A stretch of 64,000 bases of DNA from Octopus vulgaris (GCA_951406725.2 OX597834.1:27218001-27282000); one strand, 5' to 3'. Positions 41,979 through 56,713 are shown, numbered from the stretch's first letter. Numbers and translations are program-made. The notes: generated by a model not told the origin, from the sequence alone.

Positions 41979-42239
41979 CGACACATGTATGTATGTATAC
42001 ATGTGTAAAACATCAGCCCAAACGATATGTTAACCTCATAACCACTTCATATCTTTGCTATCCACCATTGTAGTACTAATTTAATATCTAAATTGGCTTC
42101 TCTGTCTCTCAACCTCGCTCTCTCTCTCTTTCTTCCTCTATCTCTCTCTGTACTCATCTATCTACGCTCTCTCTTTCTCTCTGTGTTTCTCTCTCTCTCT
42201 ATCTCTTTCTCTATCTATCTATCTATCTATCTCTTACTC

Positions 42240-42500
42240 TTGCCAATCGACAAAACTAACGGAAGTGATATAAATGACGCCCAGCATCTCTCAGCTGAAT
42301 ACGTCCGTCTGTTTGTCGATGAAGGGGAACCAATGGCAATCGCTAGACGGACACACACAGGCGAACAGACAGACGAACACACAGACTCACCGTTGGCCGG
42401 CTCGCAGAGATTAATTGCCGAATTAATGGCGTTAAGACGATGAAGAGAACAGACGATAATTTTACAGCAATTTTGTTGACGTCACTCTTGATTGGTTACT
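42240..42500. promoter_or_regulatory. Candidate promoter/first-exon island
   Basis: Unique CpG-containing island with CCAAT (42243), CGGAAGTG (42260), TATAAA (42269), TGACGTCA (42477-42484), ATTGG (42491) and a minus-strand donor CG|GTGAGT at 42391/42390. Confidence 0.4.
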
Positions 42501-42536
42501 GCTTGCATGGGGCCCATATGTGAGTGTGTGTGCGTG

Positions 42537-42571
<35 letters not shown>

Positions 42572-42692
42572 ATGCGTGTGTGAGTATTATTGTTTGTAAA
42601 ATGCATAACATACGTGTTTGTGTGTGTGTGTGGGGGGGGACAGTGCAAACTTGTGTTTCTGTATGTATGTATGTATGTATATATGTATATAT

Positions 42693-42835
42693 ATTAGCCA
42701 CACAGAGCTGAACACAGAGGGGATGAATTACAAAGTAGAGCTTTTTCTTTTTGGGGGGAGGAAAAAGGAAAAAAAAAGATAAAAAGAAAAAAAGAGGGTA
42801 GGTTTTCGATCAAAAGGGATCGTAAAGGAAAAAAA
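42693..42835 (-). mobile_element. LINE 3' end remnant (Tx1/L1-like family)
   Basis: Homologous to 50335-50478 and 62957-63258 (TTACGATCCCTTTTGATCGAAAACC...AAAAGCTCTAC). Confidence 0.7.
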
Positions 42836-42839
42836 AAAC

Positions 42840-43408
42840 GATGTTGGTGTATTTACGTCTCCGTAACTTAGCAGTTCGGCAAAAGTGACCGATAGAATAA
42901 GTACTAGGTTTACAAAGACTAAGTCCTGGAGTCGATTTGTTCGACTGAAGGTGGTGCTCCAGTACGGCCGCAGTCAAATGACTGAAACAAGTAAAATAAT
43001 AATACATACATATACATACATGTATGTATATGTATGCTGCATATATGTGTTCCAGGTTCCAGCCACTTTGGGCAAGTGTCTTCTACTATAGCCAAGGGCC
43101 GACCAAAGACTTGTGAGTGGATTTGGTAGACGGAGACTGAAAGAAGCCCGTCGTATATTTATATCTCTATATACGTATGTGTATGTATAAGTTTGTGTGT
43201 CTGTGATTGTCCCTCTAAACATCGCCTGACAACCGATGCTGGTGTGTTTACATCCCCATAACTTAGTGGTTCGGCAAAAGTGACCGATAGAATAAGCACT
43301 AGGCTTACAAAGAATAAGTCCTGGGGTCGATTTGCTCGGCTAAAGGCGGTTCTTCAGCATGGCCGCAGTCAAAATGACTGAAACAAGTAAAAGAATAAAA
43401 GAATAAAG
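42840..43408 (+). mobile_element. Two 5'-truncated family B SINEs in tandem
   Basis: Two tails GGCCGCAGTCAAA(A)TGACTGAAACAAGTAAAA at ~42990 and ~43390. Confidence 0.85.
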
Positions 43409-43839
43409 GCGATGACCTGGCATCTTAATTTCGGTGTTCAAATTCGGCCAAGGTCGACTTTCTCTGTTATCTTCGTGCCAAAATCTGAAGCCATTATTAC
43501 TATATTAACATTGTTACCATTCCAAATAATTATTGTAGGCCAGAAGTGCACAGTACTTAGTCTCTAGGTTACCTTGTAGCCCCGGCTCTGTTTACATTCA
43601 GGCAGAGAGTACTTATGAAATTAAACGGCGCGAAATCAACTACGAGTTCGTTGTCCGCAGTTTGCACCAAATAAACCCACCCTGACACTTTATTTCGTAG
43701 TCCGTATAAAGTTTGCATGTGTCTTATTTTAGAACGTAAACATCCATTTATACGCTCAACTTTTGATTGAACGTCAAGTTATATATACAAGAATATACAT
43801 GCATACATATATACGCATTTATATTTATACTATATGCTA

Positions 43840-43997
<158 letters not shown>

Positions 43998-44159
43998 AGC
44001 AGACACAGACACAAACATGCATAGATATACATTTCATTATACACGTAGACGCACACATACGTGCGCATATATGTATGTGAATGTGTGTATATATACAGAT
44101 ATATATATATATATATATATATGTATTTATGTATGTGAATGTGAGTATGTATGTATGTA

Positions 44160-44218
<59 letters not shown>

Positions 44219-44544
44219 ATATACACGTACCTTTGGCATGACAATAATGCCGGATCAACTAAAGGTCAAAGCATGTCAGTTCCATATTTTCGTATAACAA
44301 GCAGACTAAAGTGAAGAATAAAAGGAGATGCAATACGATGTAGGAAGCGAAGTTGGAAAGTCGTGGCTCAGTCCTCTACATACGGCCGCCGTGTCTTCTC
44401 TGACTCACTCAGACTTTACGCTTTTGTCATGTACAAGATGTCATAACTGACATATATCTATATAATCTATACCTCTATCTATACGTACGCATCTATATCC
44501 GTATGTCCGTATGTATTATGTGTGCGTGTGTGTATGTATGTATG

Positions 44545-44575
<31 letters not shown>

Positions 44576-44583
44576 ATATGTGT

Positions 44584-44634
<51 letters not shown>

Positions 44635-44842
44635 GTGTGTGTGTATGTGTGTGTATATGTATGTATATATCTATCTGTTTGTCTCTCTCTCTGTCTGTCT
44701 ATCTGTCTGTCTATCTATCTATCTATCTATCTATCTAACTATCTATCTATCAATCTATATATACGTCTGTCTTTTGGTCTGTCTGTCAGTCTGTCCATGT
44801 ATGTCTATGTATCTATACGCAAACATATTGATAGATAAATAG

Positions 44843-44897
<55 letters not shown>

Positions 44898-44947
44898 TGG
44901 AAGAATACATATATATGTACACAAACACACTCACACACACACACACG

Positions 44948-44979
<32 letters not shown>

Positions 44980-45554
44980 TATATATATATGTCTTCGCTT
45001 TGACAAAAGAAGGGTTCAGCAAAAGACGGCTACACTGAGAGCAGCGAATATGAAGCTTACCCATTCAATATGGCGCCCTCTTTCGCTATTGCCACTGTTT
45101 TGAAGCAAGCGTCGGGGCTTTGGTGCTGCTGGCTTAGCTTGCATAAGAACCGGCGCAATGTCTATTATTATTATAGGAGGCTTAGCTAGTGCAGAGCCGG
45201 TCCCACCCTCTCATCTTTTAAACTTGTATTGGTGTGGTATAACAAGAACGACGAGAGCAAGTAGGTATCAAATGCAAGATGTGTTGGAGTTATCTTCTCT
45301 TAGATGAGTAATTAAAGACCTTCAGGACCTCATCTACTCTGAGGTTCGTTAGGACGTCTATGTGTGATCTTCCGGAGTCAAACTTGTGACGTACAAATTA
45401 ACCCATAGCCGCATCCTTACCAACCAATGCAACTCCGTTCAGAGTAAACCTCGGGACAACAGTTGCTTAGAAATGGTTACAAACTCCTCAAATCGCAGGA
45501 CTCCATATTTACATATGTATATGTTACATACACACATGCATGCCCATATAGATA

Positions 45555-45618
<64 letters not shown>

Positions 45619-45961
45619 AAATAGTAAAGAGTGAAAAAACTACAGAAGGCTTAAATATTAAAAAATATATATATTTGCGTCAATATGTCTGAAGAATATT
45701 AGAAAATTTAAAAAAAATTTTTTTTCTCTTATAATGACATAATTTAAAAGAAAGAACGGTTTCGCGTGTAGCTTTTCAAATTTCTTGCGACATATATATA
45801 TATATTCAGATTGTTATCGGCGGGAGTTAAAAAGTGACTCAAGGGGCCATACTTTCGTTCATGTCTCTTAGCATGAAACTTGTCCATGCACGACACGTTT
45901 GGCCCTCGAATCACTTGTAACTTCAGTCGATTAAAGTAAAAACGACACTCACACACACACA

Positions 45962-45998
<37 letters not shown>

Positions 45999-46271
45999 CG
46001 CGCACACACACTCTCGCGCGCACACACGCACGCACGCACAAGTTTTAGTTTGCTACGTATGAATACATATATACATATATATTAACATACATATGTACGT
46101 ATCTGAATAAGTTTATAAATATATATACTGGTATATATATGTATGAATGTAAATGTGTGCAAGTGTAAGTATATTTTGTTTTTGGAATTTGTGTATGTAT
46201 ATGCCCCAGCATGGCCACAGCTCATGAGCTAACTAGATAAAATTTAAAAAAAACTATACATATATATATAT

Positions 46272-46691
46272 AGGCGCAGGAGTGTCTGTGTGGTTAGTAG
46301 CTTGCTAACCAACCACATGGTTCCGGGTTCAGTCCCACTGCGTGGCATCTTGGGCAAGTGTCTCCTGCTATAGCCCCGGGCCGACCAATGCCTTGTGAGT
46401 GGATTTGGTAGACGGAAACTGAAAGAAGCCTGTCGTATATATGTATATATATATATAAGTGTGTGTGTATATGTTTGTGTGCCTGTGTTTGTCCCTCCGT
46501 CCCTCCAGCATTGCTTGACAACCGATGCTGGTGTGTTTACGTCCCCGTCACTTAGCGGTTCGGCAAAAGAGACCGATTGAATAAGTACTGGGCTTACAAA
46601 GAATAAGTCCCGGGGTCGATTTGCTCGACTAAAGGCGGTGCTCCAGCATGGCCGCAGTCAAATGACTGAAACAAGTAAAAGAGAAAAGAGA
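46272..46691 (+). mobile_element. SINE family B, full length, in (TA)n
   Basis: Complete head, internal microsatellite and tail. Confidence 0.92.
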
Positions 46692-46731
<40 letters not shown>

Positions 46732-47050
46732 CTTATTGTTCTACACATAACACTGATTGCAAAATTCCCAGCCTCGTCACCGTTCTACATATATCAGTAA
46801 CACCATATCTGTCCTGTATTAACTGCACTCATGTACATATATAGACAGCATACATACACATACATAGATATTCAGATACTCGCATACACAAGCGCGCGCG
46901 CGAGCCCGCTCGAACACACATTCACACGGACAGATCTACGCATAGGCATAAACGCAGACATATATACGAACACAGTCACAGAGGTACACTTACAGAGGAG
47001 TAAAAATATGTATATATATGTATGTATATATATGTATATATATATGTATG

Positions 47051-47081
<31 letters not shown>

Positions 47082-47681
47082 GCATGTACATACATATATA
47101 TATGTATATATATATATATATGTATGTATGTATGTACATGTATATATATATATATATTTAGACATATACAGACATATATGTATATGCATAGATACATACA
47201 TACACGCGCATACGTACACATATACGTGCATACATGCATATATACATGTGTGTGGGTGTATACAGAGGCACATAGATATTCATAGAGATTTACATATAGA
47301 AATACACACACACATGCCCATATACATGCATATATACATAAGCCCACACAAACATATACGCATATAGACACACAATACGAATATTCACAGTTACTTATGC
47401 ACAAAAATTTTTACATAATCATGTATACATTCATACCCATACATGTACACATGCATACTCCAACACATTGACACTCTCACATGCATTCACAAGCACTTAC
47501 ATCATACACACCTACATGTAAGTATGCATATATACATAAGTGCGTAAATATATAATTCTTACATACACAAACACACACAGCCACCTATACATACATCTTT
47601 TCATACATGCATCCATACCTATATATATACATGCAAGCGTGCCTATATGTAAATATATGTATATATATGTATGTATGTATG

Positions 47682-47795
<114 letters not shown>

Positions 47796-47925
47796 AACAT
47801 ATGTACTTTCATACAGACAACCAGTCATACATACGCTCAAACAATCCCATTTACATACACACATACACATTCACACACATAAGCATACATACACACGTCT
47901 ATATATATACATACATACATACATG

Positions 47926-47969
<44 letters not shown>

Positions 47970-48010
47970 TATCTATATAAATATATTTGTCTATGTGGAT
48001 GTAAATATAT

Positions 48011-48056
<46 letters not shown>

Positions 48057-48506
48057 TATATAACCAAACACAATCTTCTATACATACACACTTATACATA
48101 AACACTCACACACATACACGTTTATATATATATATACGTTTATCCATCCACAGATGCCTCCATCTTCGTGAGTGTTGGGACACAGTTTCCGGTACAGCTC
48201 TCATAGTGAAGTCAGTTGATATTCTTCCTTCATTTAGCTTATATTGTGCGTCCACCATGCCAGCTGTTGTCAAAGCTATGCCTAATTAAAGCTATACCTT
48301 ATATACATACTATATATAATACTGCTTTGCTTAGTTCTTCTTATACAGAATATACCAGGGATTCATTGTCGTGCGCTAATCATAAGCGTTTTGCTTTGCC
48401 CTTCGTCTTCTCTGGTTTTTGCTCTATCTGTATCTGTCTGTCTGTCAGTCTGTTTCTCCCTCTCTCCTGCTCCCTTTCTCTTTTTCTCTCTCTCTCTGTC
48501 TGTCTG

Positions 48507-48544
<38 letters not shown>

Positions 48545-48646
48545 ATGCACACACTACTCAGAATAGACTCTGCAGCACATTCTTGTTTAGTTCTACATGT
48601 CTTCGTATCTTCTCTCTATTTTTCCGCCATTGTTCGTTTTATTTTT

Positions 48647-49105
<459 letters not shown>

Positions 49106-49374
49106 ATTCATCTCTCATTCATTTTCTTTCGCTCTTACTTTCTTCATTCCTCCCTGTGTGTGTGTATGTGTAATTATGTGTGTCTGTGTAAGTGTCTGTC
49201 TTTATCTCTCTCTGTCTGTCTTTCTATTCTTCGAGCTCTCGCTGTATATAAATAGATCCATAAGGCAAAAGTATACAGGCATATATATATATTCGTGTAC
49301 ATAAAAAGTACGTAAATATGTATACATACATCTATAAATGTATGTGTGTACACCAAACACACATACACACACAT

Positions 49375-49408
<34 letters not shown>

Positions 49409-49853
49409 GAATATAAAATTATGTATATACATACGTATATATATATATAAATACATATATACATGTATATAAGAATATTAAATTATGTACACACACACAG
49501 ACACACACACTTACACATACATATATATGCGTAAATATATATTTATATACATATATTTATACACATATACATACATATATGCATCTATCTATATATATAT
49601 TTATCTATCTCTCACTCCCTATATATGTACGTGTGTGTGTGATGCGTGTGTGTGTGTGAGATGTGTGTGTGTGTGTATGTGTGGTGTGTGTGTGTATGTG
49701 TGGTGTGTGTGTGTGTATGTGTGTTCTTTCTGGTACTTCTCTATTTCCTCTCTGTCGTAGATTTTTTTTCCACCATCGGATCTTAACTCCAAGGTCAGTT
49801 GGTTTAACCACCGTGCAAGACTTTCTGGGACAAATGTGCTCACGTGTGTATAC

Positions 49854-49908
<55 letters not shown>

Positions 49909-50211
49909 TATTTGTGTGTATGTGTGTGTGTGTGCCCGTGCATGTGCATTTCCTTATGTATATGTGTGTGTGTATGTATATGCGTTGCTTTAAGTGTATG
50001 TATTTTTACATTTATTTGCATATCTGTGGTTTGAAAATAATTTTGAATACATAAGCACTTAAACTGAATTATGTAACTCTACAAACCCGACAGCGCTGTT
50101 TTATGCATATGAATGCGTCAATGTGTTTTTGTGAGTTAGCATCTGAGCGTGTTATATTTATGTCTGCATCTATTAAGGTTCGTTGTCACTTCTTTTACCC
50201 TGTTTTTCACA

Positions 50212-50288
<77 letters not shown>

Positions 50289-50334
50289 ATCTATCTATCT
50301 ATCCATTTTTTTTTGGTTTTTGTTCTTTTCTTCC

Positions 50335-50476
50335 CTTTTACGATCCCTCTTGATCGAAAACCTACGCCACCCCGTTTTTTTTCTTTTGTTTTTTGTTCTC
50401 TTCATCCCCCAAAAGAAAAGCTCTACCTTGTAACTTGTCCCATCTGTGTGCAGCCCTGTGTGGCCAATAAAGAAAC

Positions 50477-50478
<2 letters not shown>
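50335..50478 (+). mobile_element. LINE 3' end remnant with AATAAA, inserted in (CTAT)n
   Basis: Ends CAGCCCTGTGTGGCCAATAAAGAAAC, then (CTAT)n. Confidence 0.7.
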
Positions 50479-50567
<89 letters not shown>

Positions 50568-50870
50568 TCTCTTTCCAGTTATCTATCTATATATATATAT
50601 ATATATTACAGATATAGGGTGAAATATAATTAATTTAATAAAATCAACAAATTTCACCTAGTAGTATTTCGGTATGGAAAAGGACCATATTCGGTAAAAA
50701 TTTATATAATTATAATAATAAGGATTTTTTACAACGAGGGTTAGGGTTGAAGACTGTGTGATTTCATTATTCTTCTTCTTTTTTTGCCATATGTCAGTTA
50801 CAAATATCGTTGTCTGTGGAGACTTATTTTTGTAATAAAAGGAAATAGTAGTCTTTTGGCTGCTATTTCT

Positions 50871-50959
<89 letters not shown>

Positions 50960-51234
50960 TGAGGAAGGTGTGATACGTCGCATAAGCAGTCGATTCTGGG
51001 TTTACGCGTGCACGCTTACCTACAGCGGAAACAGTTGTAAGCTAATGTTAGTGATTACATAACTTCTGTTCTTTTATTATTCATTGATTTATATTGCACT
51101 CTGTATTAAAGCGGCGAGCTAGCATAATCGTTTGCATGCCGGAAAAAAATGCTTTAGTGACATTTCGTCTGTCAGAATTCGGAACGCTGAGATCAACCTT
51201 ACATTTCATCCTTTCGGAATCGATGTAATAAGTA

Positions 51235-51976
51235 TCATCAGTCATTAGACTGCGGCCATGCTGGAACACAACCTTGAAGAATTTTAGTCGGGCGTTTGAA
51301 CCCCCAATACATATGTTTTTAAGCATGGTATTTATTCTATCGTTATCTTTTGTCGAACCGAGAAATTACGAGGGACGTAAATATAGCGACACCGGTTGTC
51401 AAGCGGTGTGGGTGATAAACACGCTCTGACACTCACACACACACACACACACACATACACACGTATATTTACACCGAATTCATTCACATGGCTTCGATCG
51501 GCCTGATGAAGATACTTGCCCAAGTTGCCCTGCATGGGGCTGAACCCGGAACCATGTTGTTCAGAAGCGAACGTTTTACCACACAGCCAAACATATACCC
51601 TTTACAGTTGCAGAATTGTTCAAATTATATTCCTTGTAGCTGCTGTGTGGCACATATCCCGTATTCAGTAGCAGGCGGCAAGCTGGCAGAAACGTTAGCA
51701 CGCCGGGCGAAATGCTTAGCGGTATTTCGTCTGCCGCTACGTTCTGAGTTCAAATTCCGCCGAGGTCGACTTTGCCTTTCATCCTTTCGGGGTCGATTAA
51801 ATAAGTACCAGTTACGCACTGGGGTCGATATGATCGACTTAATCCGTTTGTTATATAATCGACTGAATGTTCGCTTCTGAGCAACATGGTTCCGGGTTCA
51901 GCCCCATGCAGGGCAACTTGGGCAAGTATCTTCATCAGGCCGATCGAAGCCATGTGAATGGATTCGGTGTAAATAT

Positions 51977-52035
<59 letters not shown>

Positions 52036-52100
52036 AGAGCGTGTTTGCCCTTTCTGTGTTTAGCCCCTTGTGGGTAGTAAAGAAATAGGTATAAGCCTGC

Positions 52101-52143
<43 letters not shown>

Positions 52144-52447
52144 ATACATGTAACGATATTGAATATGGAGACGGTATTCGTTTTCGCTGATAAAATCACA
52201 ACACAGGTTTGAATATGTATAGAATATGTAAAATGTTCGCTTCTGAGCTACATGCTTCCGGGTTCAGCCCCATGCAGGGCAACTTGGGCAAGTATCTTCA
52301 TCAGGCCGATCGAAGCCATGTGAAAGGATTCGGTGTAAATATACGTGTGCGTGTGTGTATGTGTGTGTGTGTGAGTGTCAGAGCGTGTTTATCTCCCACT
52401 CCGCTTGACAACCGGTGTCGCTATATTTACGTCCCTCGTATTTCTCT
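51235..52447. mobile_element. Rearranged SINE cluster: a diverged family B copy (-), a family C copy (+), and two inverted duplicates of the family B copy
   Basis: 51869-52046 and 52228-52447 are reverse complements of ~51362-51578 and share its private variants. The first duplicate splits the family C SINE (51674-51850 / 52047-52090). Confidence 0.85.
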
Positions 52448-52537
52448 CTTCTCCCAAACTATTTTGTATAAACCAACTTGCATCTCTCACTAAAACACAC
52501 TTTATTATAGAGATAGATAGACTGACATCTATAGATA

Positions 52538-52752
52538 TACGAGGGGATGCTGAAAAGTTTTAAGGGTGTCACGAAAGGCATGGTTGGGGTCCCGGCCTTC
52601 CAAGTTCTTTTACAGAGCTTAGAAAAACTGAAGGAACGCTGCAATAGATGTGAGATTCTGAGAGGGAAATATGTTGAATAAAATCATAATTAAATGACCC
52701 TCCTGTATTTTCTTTTACCCGAAGCCAGAAACCTTTTCAGTATTCTCTCTTA
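52538..52752 (+). mobile_element. Internally deleted mariner element (MITE-like)
   Basis: TA-CGAGGGGATGCTGAAAAG left TIR and a degenerate right TIR (CTTTTCAGTATTCTCTCT-TA). Encodes LEKLKERCNRCEILRGKYVE*, a mariner transposase C-terminus. Confidence 0.8.
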
Positions 52753-53869
52753 TTCTGTAGTATGTAATAGCATTCCTGCTTTTTCTTCTTCTCAAAAGAC
52801 GATAGGGTATGATTTCAGAGTGATTTAACTGCTGTTTCTTGTAATTTATTCAAGCCTGAATGGATTCGCACATCAGTTCGCCTCTTCTTATTGGTTACTT
52901 CTACACCTTTCTATTCTCAGTCAGAAATGGCGGAGATAACGTTCTTTCTTTCCTCTCCGATTCCTGCTTTTAGTTAAATATTTATTTTCTTCTCGCAGAC
53001 ATCTTAGAATTCTAAAAGTGCACTTCCAAAGTTCTTAGAATTTCCTTTCCATTGAAATAAACCAATTCTTTGTAACTTTGATGGCTGAAATGTCACCATC
53101 ATTTCATCTTGTCGCCGTTTTTAATTCCAAACGAGGGGGTTTAATCCGGATATTTTGTTTAAGCCGGATTAACACGGAACGCCAGTACTTTTACAAAGTT
53201 AAGATTTGTTAGTGTTGTTGTCCTTTAGCGACTGGTCAGCTCCAACTGAAGGGACCTATGACGAAAGATGTTCTAGCCGTGACCCTTCCGTTGATTTGTA
53301 CATCTGAGACCACATTAGCCAATGTGTATTTTACGTGTTGTTCTTCAACGACTAGTCAACTCTGATTGGGGGGAGAAACACACACATACGCACACACACA
53401 TATACAACAGACTCCTTTCAGTTTCTGTCTACCAAATCCACTCACAAGGCTTTGGTCGGCCTGAGGCTATAGTAAAAGACACATGTCTAAGGTGCCAGGC
53501 AGTGGAACTGAACCCGGAACCATGTGGTTGGTAAGCTAGGTACTACCATGTATATAGGTATATATCTATGTTATATATATATACCATTCAACTACGATAG
53601 TAGTTGATTGATATTCTTAAGGCCGTAATTTACTCACACACAACCCGTTTCAGAGCTTGTTGCTAATTCAGTTCTTAACCAAATAGAAAACCGTTAACGT
53701 TTTTGAACAGGACTGGTTCCTAGCTACATTTTGGCATTTAAAAAAATTGAGATTTGGTCCATAAGTAAAAGTTTACATCAAAATTTGTAGCAACGCTATC
53801 GGAGAGTAAGTAACACCACCACTCAAGTTTAGATCTAAATAACTTTTTCTTATTTTAAAAACAAAATAT

Positions 53870-54750
53870 ATGTATCTTGTCTTCAATGATAGAAGAAGGC
53901 AACACAAATCGCTGAAAAGACTTCTATCAAATACGAAGCTTTACACAACAACAACGAAACCAAGAGTTAAAAATGTGAACACCCAAACTGTTGAACATTC
54001 CCCAACCTATTGGAAGGCTCGGAATTCCTATTCAATCAAGGAGACAGGTTTACAATTAAAACTAACTTCACTTGTGCTTCCGAGAATCTAATTTATATAA
54101 TAACTTATTCAGGTTGTGGACATAATTATATGCGACAGACAAGTATGACACTGAAACGGAGAACCACACTTCATAAGGATAAGATCCGGATCCCGCAGAA
54201 CAGACATATTCCTTCGAGTGAACACATTGAGAGATGTGCAGGTAATATCCAACCAAACTTCACTGTTTTCTCCATCTACCAGAGCAAAGAAGCCATTTCT
54301 GTCCAAGAACGATTAAATATATAAAATTTATTTAACGAAAAAGACAGAACACGTTTAAATATGAACGCATAGCCAACTTTGGTCCCACTATTTCAATTCA
54401 TGATCACATACCCATTACTGTAGATATTTCATCTCACTACTTTAGCTTTTGAGGTTCTGTGTATATATGTATTTATCTCCTCTCCGAAATATAAGTAATT
54501 ACCTCTCCTGTCCCTAATAAAAAGGATAACCATTTACTTCCCCTTAGATTTTTCTACTTTTTAAACCAGTCATTCACAAACTTCACCACACACAGCATGA
54601 CAAAAAACTTCTTAAGAAAATAAAAAATTACAAAAATCTCAATGTCATGATTAGCGAAAGCGAAACCGGTCGACAGTACAAGACTCAGTTATAAAATATA
54701 TTAAAAAATATATTAAAACTATGTAAACTGTGTGCATTTTCCTTCCAACA
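53870..54750 (+). mobile_element. 5'-truncated Penelope-like element: GIY-YIG endonuclease pseudogene plus 3' end with hammerhead
   Basis: KPRVK/CEHPNC*TFPNLLEGSEFLFNQGDRFTIKTNFTCASENLIYIITYSGCGHNYMRQTSMTLKRRTTLHKDKIR...SEHIERC follows the PLE FTC.S.N.IY.I.C..C...YIGQT...L..R...H pattern. Ends in (TA)n. Confidence 0.85.
54643..54675 (+). ncRNA. Minimal type I hammerhead ribozyme, A3-U8 variant
   Basis: UGUC-AUGAUUA-GC-GAAA-GC-GAAA-CCGG-UC-GACA: 4-bp stem I, 2-bp GNRA-capped stem II, palindromic ACCGGU stem III, sense to the PLE ORF. Confidence 0.75.
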
Positions 54751-54838
54751 TATATATATATACACACACATATATATTATATCTATACATATATATATAT
54801 ATTACATATATATGTATATACATACATACACACACACT

Positions 54839-54896
<58 letters not shown>

Positions 54897-55204
54897 TGAA
54901 TGCAAGGTAAGTGTACGTTAATTCATATATTTGTTTTCATGGGATTTGCCTTGCATTTATTTCGCATTGTTCTGGCCATACCCACGATCCTTTATACAAT
55001 ATATATATGTCCATATATATACTTAGATATATACACTTGCACATGTATGTATTTTACGTATACGTCGTCATTCAGAACATGAAAGTTGAAAACGAGGTAT
55101 ATAGCTTTTAATTTTGCATCATCGTCGTCGTCGTCGTCGTTATCATCGTCGTCATCGCCGTCATCGCCGTCATCGTCGTCATCGTCATCGTCGTCATCGT
55201 CATC

Positions 55205-55338
55205 GCCGCGCCAAGCTGCCGCGCCAAGCCGCCGCGCCAAGCCGCCGCGCCAAGCCGCCGCGCCAAGCCGCCGCGCCAAGCCGCCGCGCCAAGCCGCCGC
55301 GCCAAGCCGCCGCGCCAAGCCGCCGCGCCAAGCCGCCG
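55205..55338. repeat. GC-rich 13-bp minisatellite (GCCGCGCCAAGCC) x ~10
   Basis: Directly visible and almost perfectly homogeneous. Confidence 0.95.
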
Positions 55339-55475
55339 CTACAACCGACGCCGCTGCTTTCACCATCATCAGCAATGTTATCTTTCAAGATCATCCTCAT
55401 ATCGTCGTCTCAAAGAGATTAGTTTCGCAATTATGGCTTGTTACGATTATTATCATCGTCATCACGACCATCGTT

Positions 55476-55521
<46 letters not shown>

Positions 55522-55659
55522 GCAACAACAGTCATCTTCTTCATCGTCGTCGTCGTCGTCGTCACCATTACTATCATCATTGTTAGCAGAACATATTACC
55601 AACTTTATATAGCAGGGCATGGGAAAGATGCCCTTCAAACGCGCTCACCGACACACACT

Positions 55660-55758
55660 CGCACATACATACATACATACATGCATACATACATACATAC
55701 ATACTTACATACACACACACATACATACATACATACATACATACATACATACATACAC

Positions 55759-55791
<33 letters not shown>

Positions 55792-56043
55792 CATACATAC
55801 ATACTTACATACATACACACACACATACATACATACACACACACACACATACATACGCACATACATACATACATACATACATACACACACATACATACAT
55901 ACATACATACATACATACATACATACACACACACATACATACATACACACACACATACATACATACATACATACATACATACATACATACATACATACAT
56001 ACATACATACATACACACATACATACATACATACATACATACA

Positions 56044-56079
<36 letters not shown>

Positions 56080-56110
56080 TATACATACATACATACATAC
56101 ATACATGCAC
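55660..56110. repeat. (TACA)n array
   Basis: Directly visible. Confidence 0.95.
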
Positions 56111-56250
56111 GCAAACACATGCACACACAGACATACACAAAGCTAAAAACACTCACTAAAGCACACACCTAATATACTCTTCAAAAAGAATATCTTAACT
56201 GAAGCCGTAAGATGACTATGCGTGTGTGTGTGTATATGTATGTACATGTA

Positions 56251-56305
<55 letters not shown>

Positions 56306-56349
56306 ATATATACATTTATACATACACACATATATATATTTATATACAT

Positions 56350-56430
<81 letters not shown>

Positions 56431-56442
56431 TATATATGTATA

Positions 56443-56700
56443 TACAGGGTGCGATGGGTAAATTGTCACCAATTCATATTTTTGATTTCACGCATGCGCA
56501 TTGTTTGCTTTTAATTTAGTCAACAACACAGTGTAGTAGGGTCAGCCGGACACAGGCTGGGAGAAAAAACAGCACCATGGCGCAATTCATTCTGCCAGAA
56601 ATTCGGAAATTACATGCTCTACAGCTTGGCATTCGCGCCGGAAGTTCCAATAGGAACATTTCAGAGTGTTTGGGTGTCAATCTTAGGACAGTATAATCTG
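56443..56700 (+). mobile_element. 5' end of a Tc1/mariner-superfamily transposon with N-terminal HTH fragment
   Basis: TA-CAGGGTG terminus. ORF 56577-56696 MAQFILPEIRKLHALQLGIRAGSSNRNISECLGVNLRTV* has a transposase HTH pattern (G.s...I...Lgv...TV). Confidence 0.7.
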
Positions 56701-56713
56701 AGGACATGTATCT

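Noticed and set aside
50655-50700. Minus-strand CCGAATA-TGGT...ACC-GAAA motif, and GAAACATG near 19085
   Set aside because: Too many core deviations, or the 5' core is missing. They may be PLE remnants but cannot be called ribozymes.
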